Source of the DNA: an uncultured Acidobacteriota bacterium
GTDB lineage: Bacteria; Acidobacteriota; Thermoanaerobaculia; Gp7-AA8
Reading direction: 5' to 3'
Assembly: GCA_963741955.1 (NCBI GenBank)
Contig: CAVUKB010000010.1
Span: forward strand, 288,001-352,000
DNA: 64,000 nt
Under the pieces are notes generated by a model, which worked only from the letters and a program-made list of their open reading frames with translations, had not been told where the DNA came from and searched no databases. The position numbers and the translations under genes are program-made. Position 1 is the stretch's first letter. The number at the start of each line of letters is the position of its first letter. Shown in pieces: positions 18,150-27,160 of the stretch.

Positions 18150-18191
18150 TTTGATACGCAGGGTGCTGTTTTGCCTCGCTGGTGGAACTCC
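18150..18191 (+). promoter_or_regulatory. Second copy of the putative ECF promoter motif, upstream of the divergent small gene
   Basis: TTTGATACGCAGGGTGCTGTTTTGCCTCGCTGGTGGAACTCC, ending 30 bp before GTG 18222. Confidence 0.55.
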
Positions 18192-18221
18192 TAGACAGAA
18201 GGGTTTGGAATCGGAGACATC

Positions 18222-18548
18222 GTGAGAGGACAGAAACGAACCAACGACGGGTGGTCGGTCCGTGACCGGCAAAGGCAGCGGCCGGAGAGTCGCAACCGGG
18301 CTGGTCCGGAACGTCGCGACTTCGACCAGAGTCTCCGGAACCTGCTGCGCTTCCACGTACTCATCCACGTGTTCGGCGGCGACGCGCGGAAATGGCTGGA
18401 GTATCTGGAGAGCCGCGGAACCCTGCGCCAGCGGAGGGACGACGTTCCCTTCGTCCGCGTCCTCTGCCATCAGATCGAGCGGAACCCGGGGGTTCTCGAT
18501 GGAATCCGGCTGGTCGTCGCGAACACCGTCCCCCCGGCCGCCGGGTGA
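18222..18548 (+). CDS. Hypothetical 108-aa protein divergent from the ECF sigma
   Basis: GGAGA RBS and GTG start. Ordered-looking core NLLRFHVLIHVFGGDARKWLEYLE. Confidence 0.65.
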   Translation: MRGQKRTNDGWSVRDRQRQRPESRNRAGPERRDFDQSLRNLLRFHVLIHVFGGDARKWLEYLESRGTLRQRRDDVPFVRVLCHQIERNPGVLDGIRLVVANTVPPAAG

Positions 18549-18666
18549 GAGAGGAGAAGACTTCCGCAATCCGACGACTCTCGCAAATCGTTTCTTCTCC
18601 TCCCTCACGATAGAATCCTCCGGCGCCGGCCGGTTGGCCCGGCCGATCCGTTCGTAAGGAGATCCG

Positions 18667-19737
18667 ATGTCCGAAAGCGCCCCCGCGTGGAAACTCCAGT
18701 TCGCAAGCGACAACACCGCACCGATCTCACCCGAAGCGCTCGACGCGCTGTACCGCGCCAATGAGGAACCGCGTTTCACTCTCGGTTACGGCGATGATCC
18801 GGTCACCCGCAAAGCCGTGAGTCTGATCCGCGATCTCTTCGAGACGGATTGCGAGGTCTTCTTCGTCTTCAACGGTTCCGCCGCGAACTCGCTCGCGCTC
18901 GCGTCGATCTGCAGCTCGTACCACGGAGCTCTCTGTCATCCCTTCTCGCATGCGGATACGGACGAAGCGAACATGCCGGAGTTCTTCACCGGAGGGGCGA
19001 AACTGATCCACGTGGACGGTCCTGCCGGAAAGATCGATCCCGCGAAAATTCCTCCGATGCTGGAGCGCGGCCATGGAATCCACTCCGCGAAGATCCGCGC
19101 GGTGACGCTCACCCAGGCGACGGAAGTCGCGGCAGTGTACACGCCCGAGGAGATCCGAGCGGTGACCGCGGTGCGGAACGTGAAGGGATGCGAAGACTTC
19201 CGCTTCCACATGGACGGCGCGCGCTTCGCGAATGCACTCGCGTTCCTCGGCGACGGCGTGACGCCCGCCGATCTGAGCTGGAAAGCGGGGATCGATGTCC
19301 TCTCTTTCGGTGGTGCGAAGAACGGACTTCCCGCGACCGAGGCGCTGCTCTTCTTCGACCGCGACCTCGCACGCGATTTCGAGTGGAGGCGGAAGCAGAG
19401 TGGCCAGCTCTCGTCGAAGATGCGCTATCAGGCCGCGCCGTGGATCGGGGTGATCGAGAGCGGTGCCTGGCTCGAGAACGCGAAACGGGCAAACGCGTGC
19501 GCGAAGAAACTCGGCGACGCGCTGGCGGCGCTTCCCGGAGTCGAGCTGCGCTTCCCGGTGGAGGCGAACGGTGTCTTCGTCCGCATGCCGGAACGAGTCG
19601 TCGACGGTCTGTACGAGCGAGGATGGCATTTCTATCCCTTCAGCGTGGTCGGCGCGTGGAGGCTGATGTGCAACTGGGCGACGTCCGATGAAGCCGTGGA
19701 GGCATTCGTCGCAGACGTGAAAGAGCTGCTCGGCTGA
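18667..19737 (+). CDS. ltaE: Low-specificity L-threonine aldolase
   Basis: FASDN, YGDD, NGSAANSLAL, HMDGARFANA, SFGGAKNG (PLP lysine). Confidence 0.92.
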   Translation: MSESAPAWKLQFASDNTAPISPEALDALYRANEEPRFTLGYGDDPVTRKAVSLIRDLFETDCEVFFVFNGSAANSLALASICSSYHGALCHPFSHADTDEANMPEFFTGGAKLIHVDGPAGKIDPAKIPPMLERGHGIHSAKIRAVTLTQATEVAAVYTPEEIRAVTAVRNVKGCEDFRFHMDGARFANALAFLGDGVTPADLSWKAGIDVLSFGGAKNGLPATEALLFFDRDLARDFEWRRKQSGQLSSKMRYQAAPWIGVIESGAWLENAKRANACAKKLGDALAALPGVELRFPVEANGVFVRMPERVVDGLYERGWHFYPFSVVGAWRLMCNWATSDEAVEAFVADVKELLG

Positions 19738-19874
19738 TCTCGTCGAAAATCCGTCGCCCTCGTCGTCCGATGGCAGTGCGACCTCCGGTGTCGAGAACCT
19801 GGTACTCTCGACTCTTCCAGGTCCGAAATTCGAGATCTCCGCTATTCTGATCATGATTTCGGAGCCGATCCGCG

Positions 19875-21905
19875 ATGACGATCACAGCCTGCCCACGGAA
19901 CTGCTACTCGACCTGCTCGATGGATGTGACGGTCGAGGGGGGAAGGCTCGTGCGAATCGACCCGGTCGCGGCGAATCGAGCGACGCCCGAGGGCCCGTGC
20001 GTGAAAGGGCTGGCGTATGTCGAACGGGCGCATTCGCCGCAGCGAGTGGTCCGGCCGATGCGGCGGCGGAGTGACGGCTCGTTCGAGCCGTTCTCCTGGA
20101 CCGAGGCGATCGACCTCATCGCGTCGAATCTCGAGCGGCTCCGCGAGAAGCACGGTCCTCAGACGGTCCTCTACTACAGCGGAAGTGGCACCAAGGGACT
20201 CCTCAACGGATGCGGGCTCGCGTTCTGGCGTCTTTTCGGCGGCTGCACCACGACGTACGGCGATCTCTGCTGGCCCGCGGGGCTCGAGGCAACCCGTCTG
20301 ACGCTCGGGGCGAATTCGCACAATGCTCCGTGGGATCTCGAGAACGCTCGCCTCATCGTGATGTGGGGTAAGAATCCCGCCGAGACGAACATCCATCAAA
20401 TGCCGCACATCGAGCGGGCGATCGAGGAGGGAGCGAAGCTCGTGGTGATCGACCCGCGCCGCACGGAAACCGCGGAACGGGCGGATCTTCTCGCGCAGCT
20501 CCGTCCCGGCACCGACGGCGCGCTGGCCCTCGCAATCGGGCACGTCCTTCTTCGCGAGCGCCTGATCGACCGCGAGTTCATCGCCGCGCACGTCGAGGGA
20601 TTCGACCGGTATGCGGAGATGGTTCGCGAGTGGACGCCGGAGAGGGTGGCGGAGATCACCGAGCTCCCCGAGCCGAAGATCGAGTCGATCGCGAAACTGA
20701 TCGGAACGATCCGTCCGGTGACGATCGTTCCCGGCTTCGGGATGCAGCGCTACACGAACTCGGGACAGTCGATGCGGGCGATGCTCGCGCTTCTCGCGAT
20801 CACCGGAAACATCGGCAAGCCGGGCGCGGGATGGATGTACGCGAACCTGCAGACGCAGGTGTTCTCGAGCGTGAAGGACCCGGTCGATTTCTATCCACCC
20901 GAGCATCCGGACGGAGTGGTCCGCGTGTCGATCTCCACCGCACGGCTCGGCCGCGACATGCTGCGCACCACCGATCCACCGCTCACGTTCGCCTGGGTGG
21001 AGCGCGGCAATCCGATTCCGCAGAATCCCGAGACGAACCGCGTGATCGAAGCGTTCCGCGGGCTCGAGTTCCGCGTAGTCGTCGAAGAGTTCATGACCGA
21101 CACTGCGCGTGAAGCCGACGTCGTTCTCCCGGCGAAGAACTTCTTCGAGCAGTCCGACGTGATCGGCGCGTACTGGCATCCATATCTCCATCTCCGGCAG
21201 AAGGTCCTGGAGCCGCCACCGGAGGTGAAGCCGGAGACGGAGATCTACCGCGCTCTCGGGCGGCGTCTCGGCATCGACGAAGCGAAGCTCTCCGCTGCGC
21301 TTCCCGGTCCGTCGGATGCGAGCATCGAGGCGTGGCTCGGCGCGAAGCTCTCGCCGCTGGGGATCACTCTCGACCGACTGCGCGAAGGGCCGCTCCTGTC
21401 GCTCGAGTTCGAAGAGATCGCATTCCACGATCTCCGGTTTCCGACCCGATCGGGAAAGATCGAGCTGCGGAGCGATGAGGCGCGCGAACGCTGGGGGGTC
21501 GACGAGCTGCCGCTCTGGCACGAAGCGGACGAGCGTCCACGGCGCGGCGGGAAGTATCCACTGCACATCCTCACTCCGAATACGAAGAACCGGATTCACA
21601 GCCAGTTCGGGAATCTCGACACCATCCGCCGGATGGATCCCGAGCCGTTCGTCGCGATGCATCCGTCCGATGCGCGCGACCGCGACCTCGGCGAAGGTCA
21701 GCGGGCGCGGATCTTCAACGACCGTGGCGCGCTCGAAGTTCCGGTCCGCTTCGATTGGGGTCTCAAGCGCGGCTGCATCACCGTCACGAACGGATGGTGG
21801 ATTGAGCAGGGGGGCGCGGTGAACGTCCTCTCCATGGGGCGGGAGACCGACATGGGACACGGCGCGGCGTTCCACGACAACGCAGTCGAGGTCGAACGGG
21901 CGTGA
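19875..21905 (+). CDS. Molybdopterin (DMSO reductase family) oxidoreductase catalytic subunit, no Tat signal
   Basis: CPRNCYSTC...CVKG Fe-S motif, GDLCWPAG, WGKNPAET, VIDPRRTETA, MTDTAREADVVLPA, C-terminal MopB_CT domain. Confidence 0.9.
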   Translation: MTITACPRNCYSTCSMDVTVEGGRLVRIDPVAANRATPEGPCVKGLAYVERAHSPQRVVRPMRRRSDGSFEPFSWTEAIDLIASNLERLREKHGPQTVLYYSGSGTKGLLNGCGLAFWRLFGGCTTTYGDLCWPAGLEATRLTLGANSHNAPWDLENARLIVMWGKNPAETNIHQMPHIERAIEEGAKLVVIDPRRTETAERADLLAQLRPGTDGALALAIGHVLLRERLIDREFIAAHVEGFDRYAEMVREWTPERVAEITELPEPKIESIAKLIGTIRPVTIVPGFGMQRYTNSGQSMRAMLALLAITGNIGKPGAGWMYANLQTQVFSSVKDPVDFYPPEHPDGVVRVSISTARLGRDMLRTTDPPLTFAWVERGNPIPQNPETNRVIEAFRGLEFRVVVEEFMTDTAREADVVLPAKNFFEQSDVIGAYWHPYLHLRQKVLEPPPEVKPETEIYRALGRRLGIDEAKLSAALPGPSDASIEAWLGAKLSPLGITLDRLREGPLLSLEFEEIAFHDLRFPTRSGKIELRSDEARERWGVDELPLWHEADERPRRGGKYPLHILTPNTKNRIHSQFGNLDTIRRMDPEPFVAMHPSDARDRDLGEGQRARIFNDRGALEVPVRFDWGLKRGCITVTNGWWIEQGGAVNVLSMGRETDMGHGAAFHDNAVEVERA

Positions 21906-23290
21906 GTGGACCGAGAATCGTTCGGTCCATCGAAACGGGGCCGTTGGGGGTCAGAGCTGCATTTTCATTCGACCCGGACCGCTGTACTGCGTGTGAAGCA
22001 TGCAGGGTGGCGTGCGGAATCGAGAACGGAGAAGGGCGCGACACCGGCTGGCGCAGCCTCTCCACATTCAACGCGGCGCGCCATCCCGCACTGCCGGTGC
22101 TCAACCTGACCCTGGCGTGCAACCACTGCGACACGCCGGTCTGTGCGCTCGGCTGTCCCGCAGACGCATACCATCGAGACCCGCAGAGCGCAGCGGTGAT
22201 CCTCGACGGATCGAAGTGTATCGGCTGCCACTACTGCTCCTGGCTTTGTCCGTACGACGCGCCGAAGTTCGACGAAGACGAAGGAGTGATGTCGAAGTGC
22301 ACGTTCTGTTCGCCGCGTCTCGCCGCGGGAGGGGAGCCCGCGTGCACTCAGGCCTGTCCGACCGGCGCACTTTCACTCGGCAGCCGTCTGCCGGGCGAGC
22401 CCGAGCCCGATCTCGCCGGGCTCGGCCGCTTCGGACTCGGCCCTGCACTCTCGATCACTCCGCCGCGCGCGCGCATCCCGGTCGATGCAGCGGAGGATGA
22501 TGAGCCGCCTCCTTCGCCCTCGCTCCCTCCGCGGAAGATCGACGTCGGGCGGGAATGGGCGCTCCTGCTCTTCACGACGATCATGCCGGCGCTCGTCGCC
22601 TGGCTCGGCGCGGGACTCCTGGTTCCGGCGCATTCTCCGGGGGCATTCGCGTTCGTCACCCTCGGCGGCGCGGCGCTCGTTCTTTCCACGCTCCACCTCG
22701 GAAAGCCGCTTCGCGCCTGGCGCGCAGTGCTGAACGTCCGTACGTCGTGGCTGAGCCGGGAGATCGTCTTCGCGAATCTCTTCCTCCTTCTCGGAGCGGT
22801 CTGGCTCTCGTTTCCGCGTTTCGGTGTCGCGGTGGGATGGGCGGCGTTCGCGTGCGGCGTCGCGCTCGCATGGTCGATCGATCACGTCTATCGCGCGATT
22901 CCGCGCGATGAGCCGATGCCATTTCACAGTGCAGAGACGATGCTGGGGGTGGTTCTTCTTTTCGGGATCGCGGCCGGTGCGCGGATCGTCGCATGGCCCG
23001 CTGCGGCGCTGATCGTCGCGCTCTTCGTCTTTCGCAAAGCCTCGGCCGCGACACGAACGCCGGACGAATGGGTGTTCGCGTTCGCGCGGATCGCACTTCT
23101 CGTTACGGCGGTGATCATTCTTCGATGGCCCGAAGCGTTCGCAATGGGGGTCGCTTCGTTCGCCCTCGACCGGCTCGATTTCTACGACGAGCTCGAGCCC
23201 ACAACACCTCTGCGGCGCATGGCTCGCAGAATGGTGATCTCCACGCCGGCGAAGGCGGCCCCGTCCGTTGTCCGTCGTTCCATCTTGTGA
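21902..23290 (+). CDS. Fused DmsB-like 4x[4Fe-4S] domain and DmsC-like membrane anchor
   Basis: CTACEACRVAC, CNHCDTPVCALGCP, CIGCHYCSWLCP, CTFC..ACTQACP. EWALLLFT and STLHLGKPLRAWRAVLNVRTSWLSREI are DmsC-type motifs. Confidence 0.88.
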   Translation: MSGPRIVRSIETGPLGVRAAFSFDPDRCTACEACRVACGIENGEGRDTGWRSLSTFNAARHPALPVLNLTLACNHCDTPVCALGCPADAYHRDPQSAAVILDGSKCIGCHYCSWLCPYDAPKFDEDEGVMSKCTFCSPRLAAGGEPACTQACPTGALSLGSRLPGEPEPDLAGLGRFGLGPALSITPPRARIPVDAAEDDEPPPSPSLPPRKIDVGREWALLLFTTIMPALVAWLGAGLLVPAHSPGAFAFVTLGGAALVLSTLHLGKPLRAWRAVLNVRTSWLSREIVFANLFLLLGAVWLSFPRFGVAVGWAAFACGVALAWSIDHVYRAIPRDEPMPFHSAETMLGVVLLFGIAAGARIVAWPAAALIVALFVFRKASAATRTPDEWVFAFARIALLVTAVIILRWPEAFAMGVASFALDRLDFYDELEPTTPLRRMARRMVISTPAKAAPSVVRRSIL

Positions 23291-23365
23291 TCGGGCTCAC
23301 GGCGTCGCAGAATTGGTGACGGCATCATCATCGGGCGCTATTGAACCTGGATCGGAGGTCTACCC

Positions 23366-24373
23366 ATGAGAATCGCGCGTTCGTTCATCACAGCAGTCAT
23401 CGTCGTCGCTCTTGCCGCGCCTGCGGCATTCGCCGGGGCGACGGTCGGACAGCACACGAAATTCGGCTTCGGCGGCACCATCGGCCGGATGGTCAACCTC
23501 TTCGGCGGGAAGGCCGCGAAAGAAGGTGTCGACTCGATCTCCGTCGTGAACGGGGATCGCCGGAACCACATCGTCGGCGAGAGCGGCGAGCTGGTCGATC
23601 TGAAGGAAGAGAAGATCTACCGGATCAACTACGCCCGGAAGACGTACACCGTCACCACGTTCGACGAGCTGCGGAAGCAGTGGGAGGACGCTCAGAAGCA
23701 GGCGGAGAAAGAGAGCGGCAACGCGGAAGAAGAAAAGCCGCAGGAGAAGGGACCGGAGTACACGGTCGACGTCGATGTGAAAGAGACCGGGAAGAAAGAA
23801 GTGATCAACGGCTTCCACACCCATCAGGTGATCGTGACGACTACGGTTCGCGAGAAGGGGAAGACGCTCGAGCAGGCCGGCGGCGGGGTGCTGACCTCGG
23901 ATCTCTGGATCGGTCCGCACGTTTCCGAGATGAAGGAGCTTCAGTCATTCGAGCAGCGCTACGCGTCGAAGCTCTACGGCCAGATGGTTTCCGGGATGGA
24001 CATGCAGGCGCTGGCACGCGTCTTTGCGTCTGCCCCGCAGTTCTCCGAGGCGATGAAGAAGTTTCAGGAGAAGGAAGGCGCGCTCGACGGCACTCCGATC
24101 CGCACCACGCTCACGTTCGAATCGGTGGCCGATCCGCGGGCGAAGAAGGAGAACGGCGAGGATGAGTCGGCCGGCCCCTCGGCCGCGGCGGCGCGGATGA
24201 TCGGCGGATTTCTTTCCCGTCATCGCGGGTCGAAGAACGAGGAGTCGGAAGCGAAATCGGAGAACCCGAACCGCTCGATGGTCTTCACGTCGACGAACGT
24301 CCTCACCAGCGCTGAGGGGAGTGCCGACCGGTCGAAGCTGGAGATCCCGGCCGGTTTCCGCCAGGTGAAGTAG
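23366..24373 (+). CDS. Secreted protein (DUF4412-like)
   Basis: Signal peptide. LVDLKEEKIYRINYARKTY, ETGKKEVING and C-terminal LEIPAGF motifs. Confidence 0.75.
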   Translation: MRIARSFITAVIVVALAAPAAFAGATVGQHTKFGFGGTIGRMVNLFGGKAAKEGVDSISVVNGDRRNHIVGESGELVDLKEEKIYRINYARKTYTVTTFDELRKQWEDAQKQAEKESGNAEEEKPQEKGPEYTVDVDVKETGKKEVINGFHTHQVIVTTTVREKGKTLEQAGGGVLTSDLWIGPHVSEMKELQSFEQRYASKLYGQMVSGMDMQALARVFASAPQFSEAMKKFQEKEGALDGTPIRTTLTFESVADPRAKKENGEDESAGPSAAAARMIGGFLSRHRGSKNEESEAKSENPNRSMVFTSTNVLTSAEGSADRSKLEIPAGFRQVK

Positions 24374-24550
24374 AGAGGGCGTTCCGAAGCTGTTCACTCC
24401 GCGCAGACACCTGGGCTCGTTCTTTCGCGAGAATGGAGCACGGCCAACCGGCGCCCCATCAGCCCGGGACGTGCCCCTGAGGGAGCGGCGAACGTGCCTG
24501 CACGCGGGGGAGGAATCGGGAACCGGCGCGAGAAAAATCGCGGCATCCCG

Positions 24551-24576
24551 CGAACGGAACGGCCGCGACCCGTGTT
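24551..24576 (+). promoter_or_regulatory. Possible autoregulatory ECF promoter CGAAC-N18-GTT
   Basis: Spacing matches SigR/SigH-type GGAA(C/T)-N18-GTT, about 40 bp before the sigma start. Confidence 0.35.
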
Positions 24577-24618
24577 CTTTCTGGTATGAGAAGCAGCTGG
24601 ACCGGAGGGCGAGCCGTG

Positions 24619-25206
24619 ATGCAACAGAGTTCGACCGCGGATCTCGCCCTTGCCGTACACCGTCGTGAACCGGGCTCATTCGAGCGTCTCGTCGAGCGCT
24701 TCGAGGCGAGCCTGTTCAACTATGCGCACCGCATCCTGGGCAATCCTTTCGATGCCCAGGAGGTCGTCCAGGACGCGTTTCTCCGTGCGCACGACGCGCT
24801 GACGCGGCGCTACGAATCCAGCCGGGCCGCGGAGCTGGCCCTCCGCCCATGGCTCTTCCGAATTGCCCGGAACCTTTGTTTCAACAAGCGGCGAGGCAGG
24901 AAGACGAAGCTCGACGAGCCGCTCTCGAGCTTCGACGACAGTCGCATCGGGCCGCTCGTCCCGCCGAGCTCGGTGGGCGCGGCCCTCGAGGCGCGTCAGG
25001 AGAAAGAAGCACTCGACCGGGCACTGGCGACGCTTCCCGCCGAAAGTCGTGAGCTGATCATCCTTCGATTCATGGAGGAGATGTCGTATGCCGAGATCTC
25101 GAAGACCCTCGGGGCGGAAGAGACCGTGCTTCGCGGTCGCGTGTTCCGTTCGCTGAAGCTTCTGAGACAAGCGCTCGACCGCAGCGAGGTGACCCATGCA
25201 GTGTAG
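24619..25206 (+). CDS. ECF sigma-70 family factor
   Basis: DAQEVVQDAFLRA, RPWLFRIARNLC, LRFMEEMSYAEIS. GGAGG RBS (start GTG 24616 or ATG 24619). Confidence 0.92.
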   Translation: MQQSSTADLALAVHRREPGSFERLVERFEASLFNYAHRILGNPFDAQEVVQDAFLRAHDALTRRYESSRAAELALRPWLFRIARNLCFNKRRGRKTKLDEPLSSFDDSRIGPLVPPSSVGAALEARQEKEALDRALATLPAESRELIILRFMEEMSYAEISKTLGAEETVLRGRVFRSLKLLRQALDRSEVTHAV

Positions 25207-26089
25207 ATCCGTGCTGACCCGCATCGACGCTCTCCGCACCGGAGAGCTCGAGAACCGTGAATCCGACGACGTACGCGAGCACCTCGAGGTTTGCACGAGC
25301 TGTCACGAGTCGCTCGACGACGTGGAGGAGTTCGCCGGCGCGATCCGCGGACTGGCGACCCAGCCGTTCCGCTCCTGCCTCTCCGATGTCGCGAAGGCGT
25401 TGACGGATTCATTCTCGCTGGTGCAATCGGGTGATCTTCGGGCATGGGTTGCGTTCTCCGGCCGCGGAATCCGGATGATCGACCTCGGGAGTCCGGACGA
25501 AGAGTCGTTCCGGGGGCGATACGAGCAGCGTTTCGGAAGAGCGCTGCGCGAAGAGGCGCTCAGCGATCGTCAGAGGAGCGCGGTGGAACGCGCGCTCGCC
25601 GGTGAGCCGGGAGAGCTGCCGGAGATCGACCTCGAAGGACTGACGGAGTTCGAACAGAAAGTCCTTCGAACCATCGTCGGCATTCCGCGCGGCGAAGTGC
25701 GCTCGTACGAATGGGTCGCGCGGAAGGCAGGACGCCCCGGCGCAGCGCGCGCGGTGGGGAACATCATGGCTTCCAATCCCGTCCCGCTGCTCCTTCCCTG
25801 CCATCGCGTCGTTCCGGCCGCGGGCGGAATCGGAAAGTACGGCTACGGACCGGAGATGAAGCGGCGGATCCTCGCCGCGGAGCACGCGCCGGTGGCAGAG
25901 ATCGAACGACTGGCGAAGGAGGGGGTCCGGTTCATCGGATCGCGGATCACGAAGATCTTTTGTTGCCCGACCTGTCGCGACGCGCGGCGGATCCGGGAAG
26001 AGAACCGCGTCCTCTTTCACGACGCATCGGAGGCCGAGAGCCATGGATTCCGTCCGTGCAGGCGCTGCACTCCCGTCGCTGCTGCATGA
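25196..26089 (+). CDS. Zn-finger anti-sigma / O6-methylguanine-DNA methyltransferase / Ada Zn-binding domain fusion
   Basis: MQC...HLEVCTSC (ZAS). IPRGEVRSY..ARAVG..NPVPLLLPCHRVV (MGMT). KIFCCPTC...GFRPCRRC (Ada N-domain). Confidence 0.9.
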   Translation: MQCRSVLTRIDALRTGELENRESDDVREHLEVCTSCHESLDDVEEFAGAIRGLATQPFRSCLSDVAKALTDSFSLVQSGDLRAWVAFSGRGIRMIDLGSPDEESFRGRYEQRFGRALREEALSDRQRSAVERALAGEPGELPEIDLEGLTEFEQKVLRTIVGIPRGEVRSYEWVARKAGRPGAARAVGNIMASNPVPLLLPCHRVVPAAGGIGKYGYGPEMKRRILAAEHAPVAEIERLAKEGVRFIGSRITKIFCCPTCRDARRIREENRVLFHDASEAESHGFRPCRRCTPVAAA

Positions 26090-26759
26090 TCCGGCCGTCT
26101 GCTGTGCGGCGGTCGTTCCGAAGTGGTCGATCGACGCGGAGTCGCTTCCGGCGTCCGGCTTCAGCGGCGACTTCTGGATGACCTCCGAATGCGGCGACGC
26201 CCTCTGGTTCGCTGCGGGCGATTTCGCGGGACATGGACTCCAGGCCGCGGTTCCGATGGCGATGCTCCAGGAGGAGATCGAGTGCCTCACCCACGAGGAT
26301 CCCGATGCGCTCGTCGAGTCGATCGTCACCGAGGTCGACCGGGCGCTCAAATCGTTCCTCCCGTCGAATCGATTCGCCACACTCGTCCTCGGGCGGGCGA
26401 CGAATGACGGCGAGATCGAGATCGTGAACGCGGGGCACTGCTACCCGGTGGTCCTTCGGGCGGACGGGTCCCTCGAGTGGATCCCTTCGCATGGGCCGGT
26501 GGTCGGAATCAGCCCGTTCGCCGAGTGGCGATGCGAGCGCATTTCGCTCGATCAGGGAGACCGGCTGATCATCTACTCCGACGGCGTGGTCGAAGCGGAG
26601 GATGCGGCGGGCGAAGAGCTCGGGAGCGAGCGACTCGCGGAGTTCCTCGCTCGTGCGCCCCGGGCGGAGCTGATCGAGACCGTGCTTCGCGAAGTGAAGC
26701 GCTTCACCGGTGGCGTGCGTCGCGACGACGCGACGCTGTTCGTGCTCGCGCGCGAATAG
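26043..26759 (+). CDS. Stand-alone PP2C/SpoIIE-type phosphatase
   Basis: SGDFW, GDFAGHG, NAGHCYP, YSDGVVEA, DDATL. Start uncertain. Confidence 0.85.
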   Translation: MDSVRAGAALPSLLHDPAVCCAAVVPKWSIDAESLPASGFSGDFWMTSECGDALWFAAGDFAGHGLQAAVPMAMLQEEIECLTHEDPDALVESIVTEVDRALKSFLPSNRFATLVLGRATNDGEIEIVNAGHCYPVVLRADGSLEWIPSHGPVVGISPFAEWRCERISLDQGDRLIIYSDGVVEAEDAAGEELGSERLAEFLARAPRAELIETVLREVKRFTGGVRRDDATLFVLARE

Positions 26760-26827
26760 AGCATCCATCCGCCGCTCGAGCCGCCAGGAGGGAGTGGCGA
26801 CGACGATCCTCTTGAAAGGAGCTGATC

Positions 26828-27160
26828 ATGATTCTGCGGATCTGGCACGGATGGACGAATCACGAGAACGCGGATGCGTACCAGCAGACACTGATCGATG
26901 AGGTCTTCCCCGGGATCGCGGCGAAGAACGTCCGCGGTTACCGCGGGATCGAGCTGCTGCGGCGCGATTCGGGTCAGGAAGTCGAGTTCGTGACCATCAT
27001 GCGCTTCGACTCGCTCGACGCCGTGCGTGAGTTCGCGGGGGAGGATTATCGCGTCTCCTACGTGCCGGCCAAGCCGCGTACGCTCCTCTCGCGCTTCGAT
27101 GCACACGCCGCGCATTACGAGCTGTGCCACCAAGGGCAGCCGGCGCCCCGCACGCCGTGA
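26828..27160 (+). CDS. Antibiotic biosynthesis monooxygenase (ABM)-like protein
   Basis: MILRIWHGWT...VEFVTIMRFDSLDAVREFAGEDY. AAAGGAG RBS. Confidence 0.85.
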   Translation: MILRIWHGWTNHENADAYQQTLIDEVFPGIAAKNVRGYRGIELLRRDSGQEVEFVTIMRFDSLDAVREFAGEDYRVSYVPAKPRTLLSRFDAHAAHYELCHQGQPAPRTP

